Below, one piece after another: positions 1 to 12,240 of a stretch of 64,000 nt of DNA (position 1 is its first letter; every line of letters starts with the position of its first letter). Source of the DNA: Camelus ferus (Eukaryota); contig NC_045698.1 of assembly GCF_009834535.1 (NCBI RefSeq), positions 3,660,001-3,724,000 of the forward strand, in the 5' to 3' direction. The notes under the pieces were generated by a model. The model worked only from the letters and a program-made list of their open reading frames with translations. It was not told where the DNA came from and made no database searches. The position numbers and the translations under genes were made by a program.

Positions 1-1858
1 CGGCTCCCTCTCCTTTGAGAACACATGAGCCAAATACCTCCATTAGAGGTTTACAATCTCCATCAGAGTCTTCATAAAATCCAAGAAAATCCAGGGCAAT
101 GTGTAGCTCGTTCAGTCATCTGCCCATCAGTGCTTACTGCCATTGGAGACATTTGGAATGAATAAATGATCTGAAAAATGAAGCTAATGAAAATCAAAGT
201 CTTCAAATATCAAAGAATCAGTCAATACACTATACTTACATGGTACATATAGTACATTATACATATTATAATTACTGTGCAGTAAAAAGCAGGAAGTTGT
301 GATATGTATTTTGGAAAGGTTTGGCCATCAAAGGAGAAAAGGCGCCAGACTTTTGTCATGATTATCGCTTTCCCAAATGTTTTGGTAAATTAGGAATGTG
401 CTGATCTAAATAGAAACAGTGGCCTGGTTTTTTAACATTGGTTCCACCCATAATGTCCCACCTAAATTCTCTCAAGTGGTGACAACAAACTGTACCTAGA
501 TCTTCAGGCAAGAGGAGCCCTCTGTGCCTGATTTGGGGCGTTGACACATTCCAAGGATGCCCCTGAGACCAGCCTGCCCCAGGGCTAAAGCCTCTGGGTG
601 GCGGTGGACACGTCCTCACGGCTGCCAAGTCTGCGCTGCCTCTCAGCTGTCCAAATGTTGTCCCCCACCCTGATCCAGCTGCTCCAACTGTCCCTACGTC
701 TTCCTCCACCGCCCTATAAGCCAGTGACTGGTGACTCATGTGGTCTCCAGTTCTGGCCCAAGCCTGGCCGCACCACTGTTTTGTGTCTCTGTGGCTTGCA
801 GTGCTTGGGAGGAGGCTCAGAACTACTCACTGTCAGAAGGAGAAGTGTACTCGGGGAGAGGGGCCTGTCACACCTGGAGAGACGAGGGCTGCATCCCCTC
901 GCAGAGGTGCATCATCGGGGCGGGTGGCTAACCCCGCCAGGGCTGCCTGCAGTGTTAATGAAAGATGCTCCCAGTGAAGACTGCAAACCACGTGCTCAGT
1001 GAAGACTGTAAAATGCAGACTGTCCCTGCAGGGACGGGGAGCTGCTCTCCGATTGTGCGGAAGAGGACACAGGCCCTTGGGCAGCACCACGTGGAGACCA
1101 TATTCTGGAAACCTGCTTTGGGAGAATGTCTTTTTAAAATTAAATATTCTAAGTAATCAGGGACAAAATAGTTTAGCCTGGAATAATTTAGATCTTCAGG
1201 AAATCAGTCAAAATTTTCCAAAATGAAGGAAAAAGGTATAAGATCAAAGTCAGATTCTATAGAAATGTATAAAAGGTTTGGTAGAGAATTTTCTAAAGAA
1301 AGTAGAACATTTTGACAGAAAAAATATAACAATAAAATCCCAGGATTCCATGCATCCTCAGATATCACTTATACATATTATCACATTTGAGAAACCAGGT
1401 GTTACATAGAAGAAGGCATAAAGCACAGAAAATTTAAGCTGAACCACTGGGACTGACCCAGCAGAATCTTGCAAATGGCGACTGTCTTCATACTGATGGT
1501 CAGTCAAGGCTGAGATCCCCACTGAGCTAACACCCTGAGACCCTCGCTGGTGTGGGGGGGCAGAAGATGTCCACTGCCTTCAAGGCTGACTTCCACAAGC
1601 CAGCTCACTACAGCTGCATCCCCTATGCAGCCCCTAAATGTCTGAACATGCAAATTAAACTGTATTTAAGATGCACTGGGTGTCGGTCTCTAATGTGTGT
1701 GGAAACCCTGTGGTGAGCTCATCGCAGTGTTAAGCTGGCTTCCCCTCGGCCACCTCGCTCTCTCCTCCTCTCTTTTTAAATGTGGGTTTTCATGGAGCCC
1801 ATCCAGCAGACCAATGAGAGCAGGAAATGGGTAAGTTTCCTTTTACTAATTTTAGGGC

Positions 1859-2241
1859 TTTGATGGTTAACCTTATGTATCAGCTTGGCCAGACCACGGT
1901 GCCCAGCGGTTTGGTCAGGCACTAGTCTAGATGTTGCTCTGAAGACTTTTTTGACGGATTCATATTTACAATTGGTTGGAGGACTGAAGAGCAAAGACCG
2001 TTTTTGTGCAAGAAGGGATTTTGCATCAAGATAGTGAGAGAGAAACCCTTCCTGAATTGCCAGCCTGCTGCTCTGTGGAATTTGAACTCAAGACACAACA
2101 TCAACTCTTCCCTGAATTCCCAGCCTGCCTGTCCACCCTGGAAATTTCAAGCTTACCAGCCCCTATCGTAATGTACGTTAATTCCTTAAAATCTCTCTCT
2201 ATGCTGTTGGTTCTGTTTTTTGGAGAACCCTGACTAATAGA
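1859..2241 (+). mobile_element. ERVL solo LTR (MLT2-like)
   Basis: Starts tgatggttaaccttatgtatcagcttgg and ends ttggttctgttttttggagaaccctgactaatag, the typical MLT2 termini. Confidence 0.8.
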
Positions 2242-2864
2242 GGGACTGCAGGTAGGACAGGTGAGTGCTGCCATTTCTCCACCATCAGCAGCTACGCGCC
2301 CGGATCTGGCTGCTTCCTGTCCTCACATCTTCTGGCCCCTTCCATTCGGTAGAAACCCAGGTCATGTCTTCCATCTTTGGGTTACATATCCCGGGAAAAT
2401 GAATTATGTAAGACTAATACATAATGAAGGAGATCATTCTATTGTCACGAACATGATGTCATTAATTTCAAAGCCAAATAAAAAATATCTGGGGCTTTTT
2501 ACTGTTTGGAATGATCTGTCCGATGGCTTCCTTTCACCAACAAAGCGTTTCCAGGGCTGAATACCCTGCATGTCCACAGTAGAGAGAGCTGTGTATCATG
2601 CACTGACCTGATGGCCAACAAATAATGGGCACGATGCCGGCCTCTGAGCCCCAGACAGAGCAGGAATAGACAGGCAGCTGTATAGGTAAAGATCACACCC
2701 AGAATTAGGAAGAGCAATAATAGATTTAATAAATAATTATCAGTATTTACTGATCGCTTGTTACGTGTCTGACACTGATCTACATGCTTCACAGAAAACC
2801 TTTGTTAAGAACCCTAGGGGATAGAGTTTGTTTCTATATGTACTTTAAAGGTGAGAAAACTGAC

Positions 2865-3335
2865 CTGGTTGGTTTCCTGTTGCTGCTGTGACAAATCATC
2901 TCAAACTTGGTGGCTTTAAGCAGCATACATTTACTCCCTTACAGTTCTGGAGGTCAGGAGTCCACAGTCAGTTTCATTTGGGCTAAAATCAAGGTCAGGG
3001 CAGGACTGGTTCCTTCTGGAGGCTCCAAGAGGAGAATCTGTCCTCTTGCATTTTCTGCTTCCACGTCCACCTGCATTCCTTGTCCCGTGGCCCCTTCCTC
3101 CGTCTAAGTGCGTCACCCCAAGCTCTGCCTCTGTCTTCACATGGACTTCTCCTCTCTAGCAAAACTCCCTCTTACAAGGACACCCACGACCACATTTAGG
3201 GCCTTCCTGGATGATCAAAGAAAACCGTCCCACCTCAAGCTCTTTAACCTAATCACATCTGCAAAGTCCCTCTTGCCACACAGAGTAACAGGGAAGGGAG
3301 GTGGACAACTCTCAGAGCCATTACTCAGCCCACCA
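2865..3335 (-). mobile_element. MaLR solo LTR (MLT1C/D-like)
   Basis: Contains ttacagttctggaggtcaggagtcc...ttccttctggaggctc...aatcacatctgcaaagtccc. Confidence 0.78.
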
Positions 3336-4442
3336 TGCCGAGATGACACTGACAGCCCACGTGCTCGGGCAGGATGACGGTGCCGGTAAGTTGTGGAGTC
3401 TGGACACAGTCAACGGTCCTCTTGATGGTCCTCAGAGACACACATATTCAACCAGAGCACAGAGCAGTGAGGCGACTGAAAGGAGCTGGTCATGGAGGCA
3501 TCTATGCTGCTGAATGCTGGCTCCCTGAGAATCCCACCCATGTGGGCTGCTGACAGAGCAAAGTGGAGGTTTTTGTTCGCCAGCGTACGGGGGAGCGCTA
3601 CCTTGCTAGTCTTAGGTTTGTCTTGCAGAGGGTGGGACAAAGCAGGGACATTTGTGAGGTTTCTGGTATCTGGTTTAAGGCTGGTCTTTTAATGAGGAGC
3701 AGCGTGGGACAGGGATTAAGCTCCAGATACAGTAGTTTGGGAGAGGGGTGCATGTGTGTGACTGAATCACTCTGCTGGACACCTGGAAGTCTTGATGGTG
3801 TACAGTCATCCAACGTTATCTATTGCAAACTGAGTAGCCTAATGTCCGTTTAAATTAATATGAGGACGTTCCTGAAATTAGCAGTAAAGTTATTTGCAAG
3901 TTTTATCTTCCTGGGCAAGAGTTACCTGGAGAGGTGATGTCAGTTTGATTTAGACAGTGAAATGGTCAACTGATGCTAACGTAGACAGTTATGTGGCTAT
4001 GGACACTTGAGTCCTAAAAACTCAGCCGCCAAAAATTCCTAAATGAATCAGATTCAAGCAGAACATGCCTCTAGGAAGCCCTCACTTGACAGAAAACCCA
4101 GAAGGCATTCCTAGAAATTTAGAGAGTCAAACCAGTGGTGAAGGCGGGACTTGTAACCTGGGTAATTTGCAAGGAGGCAGCTGTCAGAGCAGAACATTTT
4201 CTCTGCATGACTTCCAAAACCCACACCCTGAATGACATCCAAGGGTGTGTTCAAATGACAGAAAATGTGGAAATGGAGACGAGAAGGGGGAAGGATTCCT
4301 TAAGTGACAGCTGCATGTGTTGCAAGTGACGAGCCGCACTAACCCAGCCGTGTGAGCTGCCTTTCTGCTCCGAGGAGTGGGCGGGCCAGTGCCCAGCAGC
4401 GGGGTGAATTCCAGATGCCGGCAAAGTGCGAGCCTTTTGTCG

Positions 4443-4865
4443 TATTTATTTTGATTGAAGGGTAGTTGATTTATAATGTTAGCTTCAGACGTACAGCAAA
4501 GTGAACCAGCTCTACATACACACACATATATGTAATTTCTTCTCAGATTATTTTCCATTATATGTCATTAAAAGAAACTGAATAGAGTTCCCTGTGCTCT
4601 ACAGTAGGTCCTTGTTGTTTATCTACTTTATATATAGTGATGTGAGTCTGTTAATCCCCAACCCCTAATTTATCCCTCCCTCCTTTCCCTTTTGGTGACC
4701 ACAGTTTGTTTTCTAGGTCCGTGAGTCTGGTTTTGGTTTGTAAATAGAATTGGTATAATTTTTTCTAGATTCTGCATGTATGTGACATCATACGATATTC
4801 GTCTTTCTCTTCTGACTTACTTCACTCAGTATGATCATCTCTAGGTCCATCCATGTTGTTGCAAA
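4443..4865 (-). mobile_element. L1 3' end (artiodactyl-type), 5'-truncated
   Basis: Antisense L1 3'UTR (ttgattgaagggtagttgatttataatgtt...ccctgtgctctacagtaggtcc) and the ORF2 end (acttcactcagtatgatcatctctaggtccatccatgttgttgcaaa). Confidence 0.85.
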
Positions 4866-6064
4866 AACAAGGAGTAACCATATAACCAGCTCCCGCCAGC
4901 AGCGCACCTGTGGCAAAGGAGCAGAGAGAAATTAACAAGTGCTGAATTTAAGAACGTGTTGTGTCTGTTAGTTTAAGATCTGCCACTTGCTAAGCACCTG
5001 CTTGTTGGTCAGGTGTTACATACGCAACTCATTCAACAAAGGGAAGTCTTGCTGCCCCATCTTACAGATGTGTGAAGAAAGACCCCCTAAAAGGTCCAGG
5101 GCCCCACCGAGGCTTCACAGGGCGTGGCTGTGTCCTAAGGCGGTGAGGCTCTGCATGGTCTCACACTGCCCCCTGGCATTTCTAGAAAGCTGCCGCTGTG
5201 GTGGCTGCTGTCCTCTGCGGGGTTTGCACAGTAAGTATGCAGAGTGTGTGTACATGTTCCTACACAGCTTGACATCACCCTCACAGTACTGTGTGCGTTT
5301 CAGTGTCTATCTTTTGGAAAAGAGCAGAAATCCACCCGAGAAAGCTGTCTTCCTTGGAAGCCCAGCTTATTAAACAAAACCCTTCCCTTCCCTGACTTTC
5401 CACAGAGTACGGTGTCCTTGGGGCACAAACTCCTCTTTTGGAACTTGAAGACCCCACAACCCACCTCTAATTCAGTCTTTCCTCACTTCTCCCTGCACAG
5501 CCTTCCCTCCAGCCACACACTGTCGCTCATCTCTCCTCAGTAAGCCAGAACTTCCATGCCCAGTGACTTTGCCAAAGCTGTGTCCTCCCCTGGGAATGCC
5601 CTGGCCCCACTGACTCTGTTCATGGCAAAATCCTTCCTTAGTGTCCAGCTTGGAACTCCAAACTCACGTCCTTTGCGAAAGTCCCTGAAGAGCCAGTAAC
5701 AATCTTGCCTGTGTCCCTGCCGTACCTCCCTGCTCCTCCAGGGCAGAGCATCAGCCGGGGAGGTGCTCACCTGTCCAGGAAGTGCACCTGCGCCATCTCT
5801 GCACCCCAGAGCAGTGCCCAGCCTGGAGCAGACACTCAGTTCATGCTCGGTCCATGAGCAGCAGTGGGGCAAACATGCTGCTTTCTAACCTGAATCTTCA
5901 TTTTTCTGGGGAGATGTTTGGATGAAGAAATCATGCATTCTACTCTGTAACAAATGGGAGTTTCATCAAACTTAGCGTGAAAAAGAGGAATTTCCCTCAA
6001 AAAGAATAGGAGAGACTTTGGGATAAGGGAATTGAAAGCATATTCTCTGACAGCAGCAAGGTTA

Positions 6065-6120
6065 TTTTTTGTTTTGTTTTGTTTGTTTGTTTGTTTGTTT
6101 GTTTTTGCCTTTTTTTTTTC
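6065..6120. repeat. (GTTT)n/(GTTTT)n microsatellite with a T run
   Basis: Read directly from the sequence. Confidence 0.85.
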
Positions 6121-6332
6121 GGCCAAATTAGTACCACTTGGTTCAAAGACAATAGATCATATTCATCAAGTCTAACATTTATCAGATTCCTTTTACTTTT
6201 CTCTCTCATACTTCAGATCTATCACGTAAACACAGTTCATAAAGAAAACCCCACTGTCCTCTTCACGTTGCTATTTACAGATGGGAAACAGGGTGCTTTA
6301 CAAACAAATAACAGTGTGCTCCTAATGAAATC

Positions 6333-6774
6333 TAGTCCTTCCCCGGTATCCAAGGGGGGCTGGTTCCAGGACCACCCCAGGTTACCGAAATCTGTGGCTG
6401 CTCAAGTCCCTGACGTAAAGCGGTGCGGTGCTTGCATATAACCTACAGACATCTTCCGGCACACTTTTTTTTTAAATTTATTTTTTAATATTTTTTTTTA
6501 TTCAAGCATAGTCAGTTCACAACGTTGTATACTTTAAATCATCTCTAGCTATACCAACTAATACAATGTAAATGCTATGTAAATGATTGTAAGTACAATG
6601 TCAATCCTATGTAAATAGTTATAAATACAATGTAAATTATATGTAAATAGTGGCCAGTGAGCGGCCAATTCAAGTTTTGCTTTTTGGAAACTTCTGGAAT
6701 TTTTTTTCAAATATTTCCGATTCATGATGGGTTGAATTCACGGATGTGGAGCCCATGGATAAGGGGGCTGGCTG
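6333..6774. mobile_element. MER2/MER2B-like TcMar-Tigger DNA transposon with a nested insertion
   Basis: Degenerate TIRs (ccccggtatcca ... tggataaggggg) and the internal motifs ggttccaggacc, gctcaagtccc, tgcatataacctac, actttaaatcatctctag. Confidence 0.8.
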
Positions 6775-6979
6775 TCTGAACAAGTCGCCACTATTTTGAT
6801 GAGTACGTCTTCTCTGCCTGAGTCAGATTCCAGCCTTTGACTCTAAGGCAGGAGGGGTCTGATTCTAATCACAGGTCTAGGGGTAGGAATGCAGAGGTAG
6901 GAATGGGCGTGGGAGGAACCAGGATTCCTTTCCAGGAAACTGTGTCAGACGTGGATGAGAGTGACCTCCTCAGACAGAG

Positions 6980-8040
6980 AAGGAGCAAGTTCAGTTAGCG
7001 AGGGACTCTCTGCTTCCCACTCTCAGCCACACAAGCCCTGCCTTTCATATTTTGTGAAGGAGACCTGGCGAAGCTTTGACTTCCGCTTGCGTGGCAGCTC
7101 AGCGGCCTGTGTGGTTGGAGCCCTGCGATAATTCTGGCCACGGCAGCCTGCAGCTACTAGAGAGAAGCAATGCGTGTCGGATTTCGGAGCTCCCTGTCTG
7201 ACCGTGCCTTAAGCTGACAGTGTAAGCCCTGGAGCTTGGCGTTTTCTTTCTTCGAAATCTTTAGTTTGGCCATAAGCAGCCAGTCCACCCACCCTGCTTG
7301 CGTTTCCCATTCTTGCCACGACGGTGCAGCAGCTGGTCGGTCCACAAACGCCTTGTCTTCAACAGGCTCTTTATTTCTGAAGACTTCCGGTGACCATTTA
7401 AATAGCTTTTTCCCTACTGTGTGCCATGGGCGTCCAGTGTCTCGTTTTCTAAGGGTGATTTAATTCTTACTGCCCTCACATTCAATCAAGACAGACAGGT
7501 CATCTCAAGGTCTCAATCCTTGCGGGTCTGTTGCCCACAACTACTTCTGTTGTCAGACTCCAAAAGAGTAAGCATTAAACTGCAAGAAGTAAAAACCACT
7601 CCAACCATTTTAAATATAAAGGGATTTAAAACAAAGTGTCCATAGAACTGTTGGACACTGAGCTGGAAAAGCGGCTCCAGGCAGGGCCTCCAGGGATGGC
7701 CCAGTGCACTGCAGGCCAAAACAGATCAGGAGTGGCTACCTGGGCCAAGCTGGGGAGACGCGTGGTCAGCCTGGTGTCTTCAGGGACCTTCCTCCCTAGC
7801 CGTGCAGAGATGCTGTGGCCACTGCTGCTGCACAGGGCTCTTAACAGCTAAAAACAGCGATCGCATACTGGGATCCTGCTGGAGAAAAAGAAAAACAGAC
7901 CTTACACAGTCGCAGCAGCAGAAGCATGACCTCTCCCTTGCTTCTTTCTTCCAAAACCTTTGTGAGTGCATCTCGCGGGCAGAGGCTAGTTCGCATCCAT
8001 CAGTCCAGCTGCACAGACACACGGCACAGCCGTGTTAGCT
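6980..8040 (-). mobile_element. Old ERVL/MaLR element remnant (gag-like internal fragment next to a probable LTR)
   Basis: Minus-strand peptides WLLMAKLKISKKENAKLQGLHCQLK and AELPRKRKSKLRQVSFTK resemble the ERVL gag N-terminus. About 7560-8040 looks like an LTR. Confidence 0.55.
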
Positions 8041-10354
8041 TTCTAGACCCTCTGCTCTGCAGAAGACACACCAGAGAGACGATGAAAGGGTGTCACTGAC
8101 CGTCACCTCTTTCTGCCACATTAAGTCATGTTTAAACAACAGCATAGTATCTACTTTAATTTTATGCAATTTGTTCCCTTGGATGTGATTTGAGTTTATT
8201 TACCACATGTATCATTTTTCTTTCACATAGAAAGATTTGAAAATTCAGTACTTTTACTGGAGAAGTTTGTTATTTTCTTCTCTATTATTCTGTCTACCAT
8301 TTGATTTAACTGTCAGTATTTAAAGTTTTGGTGTCCTGATTTATAGCTACTTAATCTGAGTAACTAATCACTGTTGGGCAGTTAACTAAACCAGTGCTAA
8401 GCAAGAAGTTTTGCTCATTCTTGTAAAATAACTGCTTGTACAGGGCCAAGCCCTTGGTTTTTACGTGATATTCATAAAAGGCACTTTAAATAATTATCCA
8501 GGTATAACTCAGTTTCCTAATGATATCTGACCATTAGGCTTTTTTCAAGGCTCCCCTCTTTTTCTTGTATGGTTTCAGCGACAAACACTCTTAGCTCTTA
8601 ACTCTGGTTACTTGACTCAGAAGCGAGCTCTTGGGGACGAGGTGTGGTGAGCTTGAACCCCTCATCCCAGCACAGCGCACAGGGCGTGCTGCGGAGGAGG
8701 ATGGTGACCCATGAAATGTGTCCAATGAATGAACAATGGGAAAAAAAACTGCTTTCATAATCATCCTCCCAAATCTGCTTTCCTTTTACTGAATTCTCTG
8801 CTACAGCTGGTCACCTTAGGAATAAAGGGACCTACCCCTGCCCCACCCATCGGGGCTGCACCTCTGTACTTTCCAGAAAGTGGAAACCACAGCGGGCAGG
8901 GTAGTCGCTGACAGATCCCCCTGGAATTGCCACTTGTGCCAGAGGGATGCATGCCCAGCATCCAATCTCCTACCTTAAGCAGAAGCTCCTGGTTCCATTT
9001 CGGCTTCTGGCTCCACCCATATGCCATGGGGTGGGGGCTGCCAGCAGGGCACGTGACCCAGACCTAAGCTTCTCCCAGCCACAGAGCCTGGTTTGGGTGT
9101 GAGCACCTGACCCAAGAGAGCCAGACCTCTGTTTGCTAGGAGCAGGAGCAGATACCCTCTCTTCTAGTGGATGAGGACCTGGAGGAGCCATCCCGCCACG
9201 TGGCTGTGCAGAGAGGGCCTGTCTGATGGCTGAAACAGTGGCAAGGTCAGATCTGCCCACCCTCGGATCAGACCAGTTATCGTGAGCCACTCTATTCCTT
9301 TGAAAGTCAAATGAGGGTACATTTCCTGTTTCCTACAACTGAGTCATTTCGAAGTGCTGTAGCTCACCAGCTCTAGCAGAGCCTTGAATAATTCTGCCTA
9401 CTTGAAAGTTTGCATGATTGTTTATATTTCTGCAAAGGAAAAGGAAGCATTCTTATCATTCCCCCTTTCCCTTTCCTTCCACATAAACTTCAGGTTTCCT
9501 AGTTCGAACAAGGATGGACTTAACAGCTGCAATTCCCATTTCCAGAGATCGATGGGGTGTGTCCTGTCTTCACAACAGCCCTTCTCAGACCTTACTTCTG
9601 AATATTCAAAGAGATTCCAACCTATGCTTAAAGAGTTATTTAATTTTTTTTTCTTCAACAACCATAAAATTCCTTACTGGATAGAAAAACTCCTCTTTTT
9701 AATAGAAATTCAAAATACAACCACCAATTCAACAGGACATCTTCAAGAGGCATGTAGGGTTCATACTTTCTTATTTTTTAACAAACAACATTAAGCTAAG
9801 ATACATATTTTTTCACTCTAGTGTAACTTAAATGATTGTCTTCAAGGCCTGGACTTCCACCACATACCTGGAACATATTGTTCAAGTTTATTACCATTTT
9901 TTCTTCATGTCAGGGATTGAGGATGAGGCCAAAAGAAAATTTCTGACCAAAGACGTTTGGTATCATTTTATCTAAAATTCAAACAATTGCTAGACACTTA
10001 TTCTAAACGAAAGACTTTTTTTTTTTTTAATTTCCTTGGAAATCATTTGCTGCGTGGATAAATTACAGAATGTTCTATATTCTCATGATGTTAGAATAAA
10101 ACCATCCCAATTCACAATCTGAACCTCCAATTTCAGAAATAAGGAAGTTTTGAGAATCATGACTTCTTAAGGCCAGTAAGAAGCTCAAAACCTTACTTTT
10201 CAAAAACTTTTTGTCATTCTGGGGCCCAGATAATTTTATTGTGTGATCTTTCCTCGTGAAATCCATAAACACTTCTTTTAAGTTACGTACGTCTTTGAAG
10301 CCACACATCCTTGATTTCCTGTCCAAAGTTGACGCTTCTTTACCAATTCAGGAA

Positions 10355-10640
10355 GTGACAGCCAGTCTCCTAGTGTATTTCCATGTGACAGCCAGAATGA
10401 AAAGTTTTTCATGTGAATCAGATCAGCCCACCCCATTTCTTAAAAGCGTTAATGGCTTAAAATCCAAACATTTCTACCCTGGCTTATAAGACCTGTATGA
10501 TCTGACCCGTGCCCACCTCCTCAGCTCAGCGAATACCACCCCGGCTTGCTCACTACACTCCAGACACCCTGGGCTGATTGCTGCTGCTTTAACATGTGAA
10601 GTTGACTCCTAACTTGGAGACTTTCTATTATCATCCTACT
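10355..10640 (+). mobile_element. L2 fragment
   Basis: acagccagaatg...aaatccaaac...aagacctgtatgatctgaccc. Confidence 0.55.
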
Positions 10641-10651
10641 GCCTGCCATTC

Positions 10652-11580
10652 TTTTAATAGACTTTAATTTTTAGAATAGTTTTAGATTCTCAGCAAAATG
10701 GAGTGGAAAGCACAGATTTTCCCCTTGTCCTCACACCTGCACAGCCCCCCTCATCATCAACAGCCCACCGCCTGGGACATTGGTTACAGCAGATGAAGCT
10801 ACATTGACACATCATGATCACCCGAAGTCCACAGTTTACGTTACGGTTCACTCGTGGTGGTGTATATTCTATGGATTTGGAAAAACATGAGACGCGTACC
10901 CATCATTGTAACACCACGCAGAATATTTCCACTGCTCTAAAAATCCTCTGTGCTCCGCCTGTCCATCTCCCCGCCCCCGTGCCTGGCAACCACTGTCTTT
11001 AATGTCTCCATAGTCCTGTGTTTTCCAGAATGTCACAGAGTTGCAGTCACACAGGATATAGCCTTTTTATATTGCCTCCTTTCACTCAGAAATGTTTAAT
11101 TAAGGTTCCTCCATGTCTTTTCATGGCTTGAGAACTCATTCCTTTTTAGTGTCAAATAGAATTCCACTGACGGGATGTACCCCAGTTTATTTAACTATTC
11201 ACCTACTGAAGATCATCTTAGTTGCTTTCAAGTTTTGGCCATTACCAATAAAGCTGTTACAAACATTTGCATGCAGGTTTTCATGTAGACATAAGTTTTC
11301 AGCTCCTTTGGACCACATACTCAGACACAAAGGAAGCCTCATCAAATTTAAGAGGATAGAAACTATTTCAAACATCTTTGCTGACCACAATGGCATGAAA
11401 CTAGAAATCAACTACAGAAGAACAAATGAGAAAAAAATGACTGCATGGAGACTAAACAACATGCTACTAAGGAAACCAATGGGTCAACAATGAAATCAAA
11501 GAAGAAACTGAACAATACCTTGAGACAAAAGTTTTCAGCTCCTTTGGGTAAACATCAAGCAGCATGGCTGCCGGAGCTCT
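10652..11580 (-). mobile_element. Old L1MC-like 3' end interrupted by a younger L1 ORF2 fragment
   Basis: cccgaagtccacagtttacgttacggttcactcgtggtggtgtatattctatggatttgg; the element resumes after 11547. Confidence 0.75.
11312..11528 (+). mobile_element. Internal L1 ORF2 (endonuclease end/linker) fragment, 217 bp, with a 19-bp TSD and no poly(A)
   Basis: Encodes DHILRHKGSLIKFKRIETISNIFADHNGMKLEINY...WRLNNMLL; flanked by AAGTTTTCAGCTCCTTTGG at 11293-11311 and 11529-11547. Confidence 0.88.
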
Positions 11581-11624
11581 TGGTTTTCAGTCTCACTAAC
11601 TTGGATTTTTTATCCAGATAAATA

Positions 11625-12240
11625 TTCAAGCATTAACTCACTCATTGATTCTTTCAGCCCTGAGACTTGTTGAATGATTTCCCTGTGTGAGGCATGCTCT
11701 TGGGGACACAGAATGAATAAACAGCATGTCTCTCCTCCATGAAGCGCCCATTCTAATGGAGGGAAGCCATCAGCAAAGAAACAGATCACACCAGGTGGTG
11801 ATGAGAGCTCAGAGGACAGGGTGCACAGACTGACAATAATGCTACTCTGGATGGATGTGTCAGGCAGGCCCTCTGGTCGGGTGGCCCCGAAGCAGAGTCC
11901 TGCATGAGGTGAAGGAGGGGAGCCAGCAGATGTTGGGGGAAGGAAGAGCCTCGCAAAGACCCTGGGGTCGAGGTGCCTGCCACCAAGCTGCAACCTGGAG
12001 ACCTGGAACTGGGGCAGGGTGAGTGGGGGTGAGGGGGGAAATGTTGAGGGGGACGGTGAGGACACAGAGGCAGCAGGCCTTCCAAGGAAGACTGCGACTT
12101 TACTCATTCTTGGTCCAAGGAGGAATCTGATACGACTGATGTGTGAAAACATCCTTGGGCTGAGTATATGGACAGACATGGGGGTGTGCGGATGGGAGGT
12201 CGGGAGGGAGGTGGGTGTGACACGGAGCCTGGGAGCTGCA
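11625..12240 (-). mobile_element. L2 3' region remnant
   Basis: cattaactcactcattgattc...ggggacacagaatgaataaacag...cccattctaatggaggga. Confidence 0.5.

Noticed and set aside
972..1012. Direct repeat CAGTGAAGACTGYAAA x2 with a short spacer
   Set aside because: Only two copies, so a local duplication and not a CRISPR-like or satellite array
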